A stretch of DNA of 64,000 nt from Candidatus Bathyarchaeota archaeon (GCA_018396995.1 JAGTQB010000001.1:67584-131583), one strand, 5' to 3'. Shown: positions 36,440-45,800, counted from the stretch's first letter. Program-made: numbers and translations. Notes: generated from the sequence alone by a model not told the origin.

Positions 36440-36907
36440 ATGTCTAGTCAAGTTACTGTTAGAAGGGCGGAGAAATCCGACCTAAGGGCTCTATATGAGA
36501 TAGAGGTTGAATGCTTTCAAGATGGCGCTTTTCCACTCCACTATATTGCACATTTTCTTGAGGATCCCGAGTTTATAACTTTAGTTACTGTTGTAGAGGG
36601 GAAGGTTGCTGGCTATGTAACCGCCCGCGTTGAGAATTTTGAGGGGAAGTGTATGGGGCATATATATTCTATAGCGGTTAAGCCAGAATATAGGAGAATG
36701 GGGTTTGGATCATGTTTACTAGAGACTGTTGAAGAAATTCTGGAGAAAATGGGGGCTAAAGTATGCTACCTTGAAGCACGCAGGGACAATACTGCTGCAA
36801 TAAGATTCTACCTCAAGCATAAATATAGAGTATTTGAAGTTTTAAAGGACTATTATGGCGCTGGGAGGGATGGAATTAGATTCATGAAGTTTTTACTAAA
36901 GGGTTAA
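36440..36907 (+). CDS. GNAT N-acetyltransferase (RimI/Ard1-like)
   Basis: 155 aa with IAVKPEYRRMGFGSCLL, the acetyl-CoA binding Q/RxxGxG/A motif. Confidence 0.8.
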   Translation: MSSQVTVRRAEKSDLRALYEIEVECFQDGAFPLHYIAHFLEDPEFITLVTVVEGKVAGYVTARVENFEGKCMGHIYSIAVKPEYRRMGFGSCLLETVEEILEKMGAKVCYLEARRDNTAAIRFYLKHKYRVFEVLKDYYGAGRDGIRFMKFLLKG

Positions 36908-36981
36908 CCAGATCCTAATGAAGATAGATTCTACTTTCCGGCTTAAAAAGCATTAAATATTTTATTCAAGAGATAAGAAGA

Positions 36982-37668
36982 TTGGTGCCACTTATGTTAG
37001 AATTAAGAATTGGCCATAGGGGCGCTAAGGCTTACGAGCCCGAGAACACCATACTAAGCTTTAAGAGGGCTCTCGAATTGGGCGTGAATGCCGTCGAGCT
37101 TGATGTTAGGAGGACTAAAGATGGCGAGATAGTGGTTATTCATGATGCCGAGGTTGATAGGACGACTAATGGTAAGGGTCTTGTAAGCGACTTAACCCTA
37201 AGCGAGATTAAGAATCTCTCTACTGATAAAGGCGAGAAGATACCGACCCTAGAGGAGGCTCTTGATTTCCTGAATAGAAAGGTAAAGATACTAATAGAGG
37301 TAAAGGAGGTTGGCATAGAGGAGAAGGTCTTAGATATTGTTAGGAGGAGGGGGCTAGAGGATAACGTTATAATAATCTCATTTCATGAAGAGGTGTTAAA
37401 GAGGGTTAGGGAGCTAAGCGAGACCATTAAGACTGGACTAATTTATGTGAAACATAAGGATCCAATTGGGGCAGCTATATCGTTAAAAGCACAATACATA
37501 CTCCCAATGTACAAGTTTATTTACTCATACCTTGTGAAGAAGGCTCATGAAAAGGGTTTAAAGGTTATTGCTTGGACGATTAATACCCCTGAAGAAGCGC
37601 ATAAATTTGCGGGGATGGGCGTTGATGGGATAGCAAGTGATAAGCCCGACATATTGAGAGATTTATAG
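36982..37668 (+). CDS. Glycerophosphodiester phosphodiesterase
   Basis: 228 aa with IGHRGAKAYEPENT, VELDV..TKDGE.VV.HD and WT.N blocks. The start could also be ATG 36994. Confidence 0.85.
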   Translation: MVPLMLELRIGHRGAKAYEPENTILSFKRALELGVNAVELDVRRTKDGEIVVIHDAEVDRTTNGKGLVSDLTLSEIKNLSTDKGEKIPTLEEALDFLNRKVKILIEVKEVGIEEKVLDIVRRRGLEDNVIIISFHEEVLKRVRELSETIKTGLIYVKHKDPIGAAISLKAQYILPMYKFIYSYLVKKAHEKGLKVIAWTINTPEEAHKFAGMGVDGIASDKPDILRDL

Positions 37669-37679
37669 ACTAAAAAGAA

Positions 37680-37907
37680 CTAGACATTAATGTCTTCAAT
37701 GTCTTCCTCATGCTCCTCATAATCAGTCTCCAAATAATACCTTCTAGTCTTTATGTCGCAGCCAACCCTGCCCTTCTCAAATAGCTTACGAAGAGCTCTA
37801 AACACAGCCTTGGGGCTCTTATTTAATCTTTCGGCTATCTCCATGAGTGTTAAGGGCTCAGATTTACTTAAAAGCTCAACAATTTTTTTCTCAAGAACAC
37901 TCATCAC
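37680..37907 (-). CDS. Small winged-helix DNA-binding protein
   Basis: 75 aa with ...SEPLTLMEIAERLNKSPKAVFRALRKLFEKGRV... and an acidic tail. Confidence 0.5.
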   Translation of the reverse strand: MMSVLEKKIVELLSKSEPLTLMEIAERLNKSPKAVFRALRKLFEKGRVGCDIKTRRYYLETDYEEHEEDIEDINV

Positions 37908-38033
37908 GGCGCCTCCGCCATAACCTCAGTGGAATAATATTTCTTGAAATTGTTATAAAGTTTTAGTTGTTCTGGTCCTCAACGCCTGGATTAAAGGATA
38001 AATGAACCCAATGACATTTTTACTTTTGAGAAA

Positions 38034-39146
38034 ATGGGGACTTGCCTGATCTGTAAAGCAATCTCACCGTTGATCTCTAGTAAATTAGGGGTCTGTGTAA
38101 AGTGTATTAGGGAAAAGCCGGAAAAGGCCTTAGAAATATTTAGATTTGTCCGGAGAGAAACACGCAAGCGCTTTGAACTTCCGCCAGAAATCCCAAAGGA
38201 TCCTAACGGCGTTAAGTGCGGGATGTGCGCGAATGACTGTGTTATTGGACGGGGGTCGCGTGGTTTCTGTGGCCTAGTATTTAACATTGATGGGCAAATT
38301 AAGCGAATGGGCGGGACCCCGGAAAGGGGGATCTTAGAATGGTATTATGACCCATTACCAACAAACTGTGTTGCATGGTGGTTCTGCCCTGGCTGTACTG
38401 GCACTGGATACCCGAAGTATGCGTATAAGCCTGCCGCCGAGACCGGCTACGTGAATCTAGCAGTATTTTATGGGGCTTGCAGCTTAGACTGCCTCTTCTG
38501 CCAGAACTGGCATTACCGCTATTTATCGCAGAGACTCGCCCCGTGTGTTAGTAGCGAGGAGCTGGCTGGCAAGGTTAATGAGAGGGTCTCATGTATATGC
38601 TTCTTCGGCGGCGACCCATCCACACAAATGCTCCACGCCATTAAGGTTAGTGAGATGTCTCTAGAATGGGCCGAGAGGAATAAGCGTATACTAAGGATAT
38701 GTTGGGAGACGAACGGCAACATGCGTAGGGAATTCGCCTTAAAGGCGGCTGAGCTATCATTTAAGAGCGGCGGGATCATTAAATTCGATTTAAAGGCATG
38801 GGATGAAAACATTTATGCAGCATTGTGCGGCGTATCCAAGAAGGAAATTTTTGAAAACTTTAGGATTATAGGTGAGAGGTATTTCCCGGAGAGAGCTGAG
38901 GTTCCAGTCCTAACCGCAAGCACATTGCTCGTCCCGGGATACATAGATTCCGTAGAGGTTGAGAACATAGCTAAGTTCATTGCCGAGATAGACCCGCAGA
39001 TACCATATACGCTCCTAGCCTTCTATCCACAATATGTTATAGACGACCTGCCGACAACAAGCCGGAAGCAGGCTTATGAATGCTACCAAGTATCTAAGAA
39101 ATATCTTAGGAATGTAAAGATAGGGAATATACATTTATTGAGCTAG
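38034..39146 (+). CDS. Radical SAM protein (PflA/activase-like, COG1180-type) with an N-terminal Cys-rich extension
   Basis: 370 aa. It has N-terminal CLICK...CVKC, then CGMCANDCVIGRGSRGFCG, then the radical SAM motif CSLDCLFCQNW. Confidence 0.75.
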   Translation: MGTCLICKAISPLISSKLGVCVKCIREKPEKALEIFRFVRRETRKRFELPPEIPKDPNGVKCGMCANDCVIGRGSRGFCGLVFNIDGQIKRMGGTPERGILEWYYDPLPTNCVAWWFCPGCTGTGYPKYAYKPAAETGYVNLAVFYGACSLDCLFCQNWHYRYLSQRLAPCVSSEELAGKVNERVSCICFFGGDPSTQMLHAIKVSEMSLEWAERNKRILRICWETNGNMRREFALKAAELSFKSGGIIKFDLKAWDENIYAALCGVSKKEIFENFRIIGERYFPERAEVPVLTASTLLVPGYIDSVEVENIAKFIAEIDPQIPYTLLAFYPQYVIDDLPTTSRKQAYECYQVSKKYLRNVKIGNIHLLS

Positions 39147-39186
39147 ATTATAGGCGTTTATGAGAGAAAAGATTGTTTGGAGACTA

Positions 39187-41247
39187 TTACGCTAGTCCAA
39201 TTATTATCGGCGCAAAGACCTCCGCAACTAGAGACATCACCGTTATCATCGTGTTTAGGGATGGGCCAGCGGTGTCTTTGAATGGATCCCCAACCGTGTC
39301 GCCAGTTACAGCTGCCTTATGAGCCTCTGAACCCTTCCCGCCGAAGGCTCCAGCCTCAATATATTTCTTGGCGTTATCCCATAGTCCTCCAGAGTTAGCC
39401 ATGAAGAGGGCGAATATTATTCCCGTAACAATGCATCCTGCCAAGAAGCCTGCCAAAGCCTCCTTCCATAAAATCTTTAGTACCAACACTGGAACTATTA
39501 TTGCCAGCAGGCATGGTAGGAGGAGCTCCTTTATAGCGCCTTTAGTTGCAATATCGACACATTTAGCGTAATCCGGCTTAGCCTTACCCTCCATCAATCC
39601 CGGGATCTCCCTAAACTGGCGCCTAATCTCATTAATCATTCTCTCAGCGTTTCTCCCAACCGCTAATATTAGTAAGGCGGAGAGGAGAGGAGGCATCATA
39701 CCACCAATAAAGAGTCCTGTAATGACCTCAGGCTTCATTAAAGTTATTTCCTCTACCCTTATATCGACAAGATGGACATAGGCTGCGAAGAGGGCAAGGA
39801 CGGTGAGCGCAGCTGCTCCTATGGCGAAGCCCTTTGTTATAGCCTTCGTCGTGTTCCCAGCGGCATCAAGCCTGTCAGCAACCTCAACCACCTCCTCACC
39901 GAGCCAGGACTGCTCAGATATGCCTTTAGCGTTATCTGATATTGGACCATAGGCGTCAGCTGATATAGTCATGCCAACTGTTGCAAGCATACCGACAGCG
40001 GCTATCGCAATCCCATAGAAGGGGTTAATCCCAAATGAGGATGACAAATACCACGCTAATAGCGTTGCGGCACATATACCTATTATCGGCGGGATAATGC
40101 TCACTATGCCATATGAGAAGCCCGTTAAAATGTTGATTGCCGCACCTGTAGTCGACGCCTCTGCAACCTTCTTAGCGGGCATCCTATCTATAGATGTGAA
40201 GTAGTCCGTTGTAAGCCCAATGATGACGCCTGCAACCAGGCCGGCAACAGTTGGCAGAAATATTCCAAGCCATCTGCTTCCAGCTAAGCCCGAGTAAAAT
40301 GTAACCAGAAATAGAAGCAGTGTAAATATGATCCATGTTCCAAATGAGCCTCTATTGAGCGCTGCGCCAGGATTACCCTTAATGCTAGCCTTAGTAATTA
40401 TTACACCGAGTATCGATGCAATTAGGCCCATGGCGGATATTGTCAGTGGAAGTATGACGAGCACCTCTTCATGGAGCTCAGCTCCGAGAAGCATCGCTGC
40501 TATGATGCTCGCAATATAAGAGTCTGTTAGATCTGCGCCCATACCAGCAACATCGCCAACATTATCGCCAACATTATCGGCTATTACAGCGGGGTTACGT
40601 GGATCATCTTCAGGTATACCAAGCTCAACTTTGCCGACTAAGTCTGCGCTTATATCAGCAGTCTTCGTATATATCCCGCCCCCCGCCTTGGCGAAGAGGG
40701 CTAGGGCGCTGGCCCCGAAGCTGAAGCCTAAAACAATGTTTGCTGCAATCTCATCACTGAAGCCCAGCAGAAATCTATAGAGATAGAATAATCCACTAAC
40801 CCCTAATAGGGATAAGCCAATAATAGATAGACCCATCACTGCACCGCCATAGAACGCCACCGGGAAAGCCCTCTTAAGCCCCTCTCTAGCGGCATTAGCC
40901 GTCCTAACATTAGCCTCAACAGCGGCGCTCATGCCAATGTATGCTGCAGCCGTAGTGCATACGGAGCCCAAAACGTAGGCTAATGCCATACTCGACCCAA
41001 AAAATATGTCTCCATGATGATATATTGTGTAAATTACTCCAAGTATGGCGGCCATAATGATAACAAAGGCCATTAAAGTTATATTTTGCCTTCTAAGATA
41101 TGCCTTCGCGCCCTCCTTTATAGCATTAGATATTTCCCTCATCCTATCTGTGCCAGCATCCTGCTCCAAAATATATCTGTATAGGTAACCAGCAAGTCCA
41201 ACCGAAATAAGCCCTACTATAGGCGCTAAAATGAACCAAACTAACAT
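39187..41247 (-). CDS. hppA: Membrane-bound proton/sodium-translocating pyrophosphatase
   Basis: 686 aa, polytopic. It has [43 protein letters not shown]. Confidence 0.95.
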   Translation of the reverse strand: MLVWFILAPIVGLISVGLAGYLYRYILEQDAGTDRMREISNAIKEGAKAYLRRQNITLMAFVIIMAAILGVIYTIYHHGDIFFGSSMALAYVLGSVCTTAAAYIGMSAAVEANVRTANAAREGLKRAFPVAFYGGAVMGLSIIGLSLLGVSGLFYLYRFLLGFSDEIAANIVLGFSFGASALALFAKAGGGIYTKTADISADLVGKVELGIPEDDPRNPAVIADNVGDNVGDVAGMGADLTDSYIASIIAAMLLGAELHEEVLVILPLTISAMGLIASILGVIITKASIKGNPGAALNRGSFGTWIIFTLLLFLVTFYSGLAGSRWLGIFLPTVAGLVAGVIIGLTTDYFTSIDRMPAKKVAEASTTGAAINILTGFSYGIVSIIPPIIGICAATLLAWYLSSSFGINPFYGIAIAAVGMLATVGMTISADAYGPISDNAKGISEQSWLGEEVVEVADRLDAAGNTTKAITKGFAIGAAALTVLALFAAYVHLVDIRVEEITLMKPEVITGLFIGGMMPPLLSALLILAVGRNAERMINEIRRQFREIPGLMEGKAKPDYAKCVDIATKGAIKELLLPCLLAIIVPVLVLKILWKEALAGFLAGCIVTGIIFALFMANSGGLWDNAKKYIEAGAFGGKGSEAHKAAVTGDTVGDPFKDTAGPSLNTMITVMSLVAEVFAPIIIGLA

Positions 41248-41404
41248 TTCATCTCACCTTCAGCATGATTTAATATCGAGTATTATAGTTTATGGTTAAG
41301 AATATTAAAGTTACTTAAAGCTGACTGAAGGAAACTTTATTTAAGTTTCCTAACACTATTTATCTAAAAAACATATGTTAAGGGTGATTTAAACGAGGAC
41401 TGGT

Positions 41405-42220
41405 ATTGGACTAGTTGGTTGCGGCACAATAGGTAGCGTTGTTGCTGAGGCTATAGACGACGGGAAGATTGAGAACGCAAGTCTAATAATTATTTATGAT
41501 ATTGTTCCAGAGCATGCTGAAAAACTCGCCTCTAAATTGAAACGTAGACCCCTTATAGCAAGATCTTTAAGCGAGATTTTAGAGAGAAGTGATGTCCACA
41601 TCGTTGTTGAAGCAGCATCACAGGAATTTGTCAAAGAACATGCTGTCGAGATATTAAGCGGCAACAAAGACTTACTAATTATGAGCGTGGGCGCCCTACT
41701 AGATGAATCACTACTCTCCGAGATAATTGACGTCACCAGAAGAACTGGTAGGAAAGTTTATGTTCCATCCGGGGCCATCGTTGGCATAGATAATATTAAG
41801 TCCGCGGCACTAGGAAAGGTTGAGGAGGTAATTCTTGTAACTAGAAAACCTCCGGAAAGCTTTAGGGGAACTGATTTAATCGAGAAGAGTGGAATCGATA
41901 TTTCCTCAATAAAGGAGCCACTCCTTCTCTATGAGGGGCCAGCTCGTAAGGCTGTCGAAATACTCCCACAGAACATTAATGTTGCGGCCACTCTAAGCTT
42001 GGCTGGTATAGGGCCTGATAAAACAAAGGTTAGAGTTATAGCTGATCCGAAAATAAAGGATATAATCCATGAGGTCTATGTTAGGGGTGAGTTCGGAGAA
42101 ATGTATACTAGAACCGTAAATAAGCCCTTCCCAAGCAATCCTAGAACAAGCTATATTGCAGCCCTTTCTGCCATAGCAACCCTAAAAAGAATAACTAGTA
42201 ATATGCTCATCGGTACATAG
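41405..42220 (+). CDS. nadX: L-aspartate dehydrogenase (NadX); the start codon is unresolved
   Basis: The track ORF starts at TTG 41537. The same frame is open from 41393 and encodes TGIGLVGCGTIGSVVAEAI..., the Rossmann GxGxxG of NadX. Later blocks are VVEAASQEFVKEH, VPSGAI.G.D, NVAATL and HEV.VRGEFGEM....N.P...NP.TS. The 5' end is placed at ATT 41405 provisionally. Confidence 0.8.
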   Translation: MGLVGCGTIGSVVAEAIDDGKIENASLIIIYDIVPEHAEKLASKLKRRPLIARSLSEILERSDVHIVVEAASQEFVKEHAVEILSGNKDLLIMSVGALLDESLLSEIIDVTRRTGRKVYVPSGAIVGIDNIKSAALGKVEEVILVTRKPPESFRGTDLIEKSGIDISSIKEPLLLYEGPARKAVEILPQNINVAATLSLAGIGPDKTKVRVIADPKIKDIIHEVYVRGEFGEMYTRTVNKPFPSNPRTSYIAALSAIATLKRITSNMLIGT

Positions 42221-43090
42221 CGGCTCTGTTAAAACATTAAGTATGGCTAATGTTGCATAAAGGGCCTCTTCCGTCCTAACAGTCTCCGTGGCTTGTCTCG
42301 GAATAACATTTATTATGAAATCTGAGACCTCACTTAATTCAAGCCCCTCCTGCCTAATTATTTCATAGAGACCTTGAGTTGGAGAGCCAAAGGTAATCAA
42401 TATATTTCTTGACTTATGCCATCTTTTTAGGAGGTCATTCATAACCTTAATAAAGGGTTCTCCATACCTGGAGGTAGCGATAACCAGATCAAAGGAACCC
42501 TTCTTAATTATTTGGCCAAGGGGGTTCCTTGAGATTAACACATTGTACCCCCAGTATACTGGAACATCATCTAGGTTTACGAGTACAGCTCCGGGGGTAT
42601 CCCCCTCACTGATAATTTTAACGGTTACGCGCGTGCCCCTCTTTACATGCACACCTGGTATAAATATTGGATCCTCAACACCTACATCCACAAGTATTCC
42701 ACGTTTATTTTCCTTAACCACAACGCCTTCCCTAAACTCCCCAACCCTTAAATCCCTCTTTCTACCTTTGGTCGGGTGATGTGGGGTTCTAAGTGGTGGA
42801 AGTATTCCAGCGTAGCGAAGATCGGACATTATGCCAAACATCTTCTTCCTGAGGTACTGCGGGGTCTCCATATAAGACAAAATAGTGGATACAAATTTTT
42901 GATCACGGCTCTGATCGACTCCGAGAATATCTGGATAGATTATAACTTCGTCAACGCGAAAAACAGCTAGAGCTCGCCCTATAAAGCCAATCCTAAATGT
43001 TTTTTCTCTAAGGTGAGGGGTGTCTGAAACAATTGACGCTGGAATAGCTACAGATAATTTTTGTCTCCTCTTTAATGGTTCTAAAAGCAA
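42182..43090 (-). CDS. Putative SPOUT-class RNA methyltransferase (DUF171 / Methyltrn_RNA_3-like)
   Basis: 302 aa. It has LSVAIPASIVSD...L.EKT...G.I.RA.A.F.VDE..IY..., an OB-like insert, and a C-terminal knot region. Confidence 0.55.
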   Translation of the reverse strand: MLLEPLKRRQKLSVAIPASIVSDTPHLREKTFRIGFIGRALAVFRVDEVIIYPDILGVDQSRDQKFVSTILSYMETPQYLRKKMFGIMSDLRYAGILPPLRTPHHPTKGRKRDLRVGEFREGVVVKENKRGILVDVGVEDPIFIPGVHVKRGTRVTVKIISEGDTPGAVLVNLDDVPVYWGYNVLISRNPLGQIIKKGSFDLVIATSRYGEPFIKVMNDLLKRWHKSRNILITFGSPTQGLYEIIRQEGLELSEVSDFIINVIPRQATETVRTEEALYATLAILNVLTEPLCTDEHITSYSF

Positions 43091-43275
43091 TATTACCCCC
43101 TAACTAATTTTAACAGCGTATATTTAAGCGTATTCTACCGTATTTTAGAGAGCTACATAATTGGGCATAAATGATACTCTTATTTGCAGGTCTTAAAGCT
43201 CAGACAAAAGTAAAATGGTTTGTAACCACTAATACTTATATAAGCATTAATGGAGAGATTTTATGGGGGGATCTT

Positions 43276-43695
43276 ATGCCAATCACGTTAAGAGTAAGAG
43301 ATGTTATGGAAGGCGGTATTGTGACGCTTGATGGAAATCTTCCAGCAATAGAGGCTTTAAAAAAGATGCTTGAAAATGACGTCTGGTCCGTTGTTGTCAC
43401 AATTAATGATATGCCCACTGGAGTTGTTACGGAACGCGATTTATTGAAGAGAGTCATAGCGAAAGGCCTTGACATAAATAAGGTTCCCTTAAAGGACATC
43501 ATGTCCTGCCCATTAATAACAATTGATCCAGACGCGTCTTTCGGAGAGGCATGGAAGCTTATGGTTGAAAAAGACATTAGACGAATATATGTCGTCGAGA
43601 AAGGTAAAATTATAGGTAGGGTTACACGCGCGGGTCTATTTCAAAAACTGCTGGACGCGGTGCTAGCGTTAGCCTCTCTGAAAACTCTAACTTAA
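43276..43695 (+). CDS. CBS-domain pair protein
   Basis: 139 aa from ATG 43276, preceded by a gggggat SD-like motif. It has two CBS repeats (VRDVMEGGIVTL...; LKDIMSCPLITI...). Confidence 0.75.
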   Translation: MPITLRVRDVMEGGIVTLDGNLPAIEALKKMLENDVWSVVVTINDMPTGVVTERDLLKRVIAKGLDINKVPLKDIMSCPLITIDPDASFGEAWKLMVEKDIRRIYVVEKGKIIGRVTRAGLFQKLLDAVLALASLKTLT

Positions 43696-43821
43696 ACCTA
43701 AGCCCTTTTAGCCAACCTATTTTTTAATAATCTTTAAATCGTCATATAGTAAAACGCTTATAAAAGTGGCCTATTTTATTATTTTCTAAGTTTTAAAGGG
43801 GAAGGTTATTTTTAAGGAGAC

Positions 43822-43980
43822 ATGGGTATGGCTAGGAGAGAGCAGAAGAAAAGAAGACGTAATGATCCGTCAAAAATGTTAGATGAGTATGAGTTGAGGA
43901 TAGCTAAGCTAACGTTAAAGATGACTAAGGAAGCTCTGAAACTAAGTAAAAAGAGAAGAAACTTACCATATATTGTTTGA
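43822..43980 (+). CDS. Small, highly basic hypothetical protein (52 aa)
   Basis: It is below the ORF-track size cutoff. ATG 43822 is preceded by aaggaga. Translation: MGMARREQKKRRRNDPSKMLDEYELRIAKLTLKMTKEALKLSKKRRNLPYIV. Confidence 0.35.
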   Translation: MGMARREQKKRRRNDPSKMLDEYELRIAKLTLKMTKEALKLSKKRRNLPYIV

Positions 43981-44028
43981 ATGTTTAAATATGCCCTTTA
44001 AAACTGGAGCTTTATGGAGAGATGAATG

Positions 44029-45303
44029 TTACTTGAAGGGGTATAACCCCCTAATAAGATGTACATTAACTTCCTCCCCCTCCTCGAGGATATCTCTACC
44101 ACACGGCACTATTATGAAACCATCCGAGTTTGTGACTACGCTAGCGATAGAGGAGTTGCCTAGGATTGGCTCGGCGAAATAGTTCCCTAAAACTTTCATC
44201 AGCCTAACAAACCTAACTCTGTCAAATGACAAAAATTCTCTTATAACTATTTTGCGGGTAAGTCTCGCTCTTACCGTTAGGCAGGGCTCCTCGGGCTCTA
44301 GACCGCTGAGAAGGCGGATTAAAGGTAGGAGGATCGCGTAAAAACCAACTAGCGTTGATTGAAAGTGTCCTGGAAGCATCACAATTGGCTTATCATTTAA
44401 TATACATAGGCTTGTGACCCTACCCGGCTGCACCTTAATTCCACGAATCACGACTTTAGATTCGCCGATTCGCTTGGTCGCTTCAAGAACATAATCTTTC
44501 TCGCCTATTGAAGCGCCGCCTATCGTCACTACTACATCCGCTTTCTCAATCCCCTCTCTCAACTTGCTGATGATAGCGTTTGTATCGTCTGGCACAACAC
44601 CCAAACTCATTGGGACGCCGCCAGCCTCACTGATTAAGATCGATATCGCCGCAGAATGACTGTCAAACTTCTTTTTGTCAGCCTCCTCAAACCGATCAGT
44701 AAGCTCACTTCCAACAGAAAAAAGTGCCACAATAGGTCTCCTAAAAACTTTAACCATCCATTTCTTTAAGTCTATTAGGAGTTTTATGTCCTGAGCTCGT
44801 AAGATATGTCCGGTGCAAAAGACCTTCTCCCCTTTCTTGACGTCAGCTCCTGCCGGGATAACATTTTCTCTTGGATGTAATGGCCGTAAAACCTCGATGT
44901 AGCCGCCTCTTTCTCTAACCCTCTCAACTGGCGTGACCGCATCAGCTCCATTTGGCAGAGCGCATCCAGTTGAGATATATGCTGCTTCGCCGCTCTTCAC
45001 TTCACCCCTATAGACTTCATCAAGGTAAATCCTGCCAATAACCTTCAAAGAAACAGGGTTGTTTATGGATGCCTGGAGAGTGTCTTCTGACCTGACCGCG
45101 TATCCATCAACATGGGAGACGGGGAATGGGGGTATATTTATGTCAGATATAATATCCTCGGCTAGAACACGATCGTAAGCCTGAAAAACTGGCACGGTCT
45201 CCTCTGATCGCTTCCCTCTAGCAATCTCCCTTAATAAGATATGCGCCTCACTCAAAGACATATACGCAAATTTCTTGGGAATCCACATGAGCATTAACCT
45301 CAA
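44029..45303 (-). CDS. moeA: Molybdopterin molybdotransferase MoeA
   Basis: At most 424 aa, with ...PPFP.S.VDGYAVRSEDT, VVVTIGGASIGEKDY and ML.PG.P. The likely true start is Met15 (45261, MSLSEAHILL). Confidence 0.9.
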   Translation of the reverse strand: MRLMLMWIPKKFAYMSLSEAHILLREIARGKRSEETVPVFQAYDRVLAEDIISDINIPPFPVSHVDGYAVRSEDTLQASINNPVSLKVIGRIYLDEVYRGEVKSGEAAYISTGCALPNGADAVTPVERVRERGGYIEVLRPLHPRENVIPAGADVKKGEKVFCTGHILRAQDIKLLIDLKKWMVKVFRRPIVALFSVGSELTDRFEEADKKKFDSHSAAISILISEAGGVPMSLGVVPDDTNAIISKLREGIEKADVVVTIGGASIGEKDYVLEATKRIGESKVVIRGIKVQPGRVTSLCILNDKPIVMLPGHFQSTLVGFYAILLPLIRLLSGLEPEEPCLTVRARLTRKIVIREFLSFDRVRFVRLMKVLGNYFAEPILGNSSIASVVTNSDGFIIVPCGRDILEEGEEVNVHLIRGLYPFK

Positions 45304-45371
45304 CTACAGAGACCGCAATAATTTCTAGCTCCAGCAAGTATAAGATAATTTCTAAAGATTGGGAAACTTAA

Positions 45372-45570
45372 TGGTGGGGCTGGCCGGACTTGAACCGGCG
45401 ACCTACGGGTTTCTCCAAGCTCCAGACGATCTTCATCCCCAAGGGGTCAGTAAACCCGTTTCCTGGCATCTGGAGCCCTTAACGGCCTAAGCGGCTAAGC
45501 CGCATTAAGCAGTCGTCATACCTTTCTAGCAGTCACACATGAAGTGTGGCTGCTGCTAGACCACAGCCCC
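45372..45570 (-). tRNA. tRNA-Val(UAC) gene with about 122 nt of intervening sequence in three blocks; the 3' CCA is encoded
   Basis: The reverse strand has acceptor GGGGCTG/CAGCCCC, discriminator A, CCA and the T-arm GCCGG-TTCAAGT-CCGGC. Joining 45570-45556, 45525-45514, 45459-45450 and 45411-45372 gives a 77-nt cloverleaf: GGGGCTGTGGTCTAGAAAGGTATGACGACGGGTTTACAACCCGTAGGTCGCCGGTTCAAGTCCGGCCAGCCCCACCA. This closely resembles archaeal tRNA-Val. Intron borders are ambiguous by a few nt. Confidence 0.8.
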
Positions 45571-45664
45571 ACCATCAAAAATTATGAGAAATCATCCAAA
45601 TTTATATACATTATGCACCCATCTAAACGAAAAAGTTAAGAATATGAGTTTTAATTGAAGTAAA

Positions 45665-45796
45665 TGGTGGATTGCCGGCCAAAGGGCGCGGGAACCACCC
45701 AAACCCATTCCGAACTTGGAAGTTAAACCGCGCTCCGTCCCCGGTTTTAGTGGGGTCTTCGGCCCCGCGAAGCTGGGGAAGCTGGCAATCCACCAT
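45665..45796 (+). rRNA. rrf: 5S ribosomal RNA (not linked to 16S/23S)
   Basis: The terminal helix pairs TGGTGGATTGCC with GGCAATCCACCA. Internal conserved blocks are CCCATTCCGAACTTGGAAGTTAAAC and GTGGGG...CCCC...AAGCTGGG. Confidence 0.9.
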
Positions 45797-45800
45797 TTAT

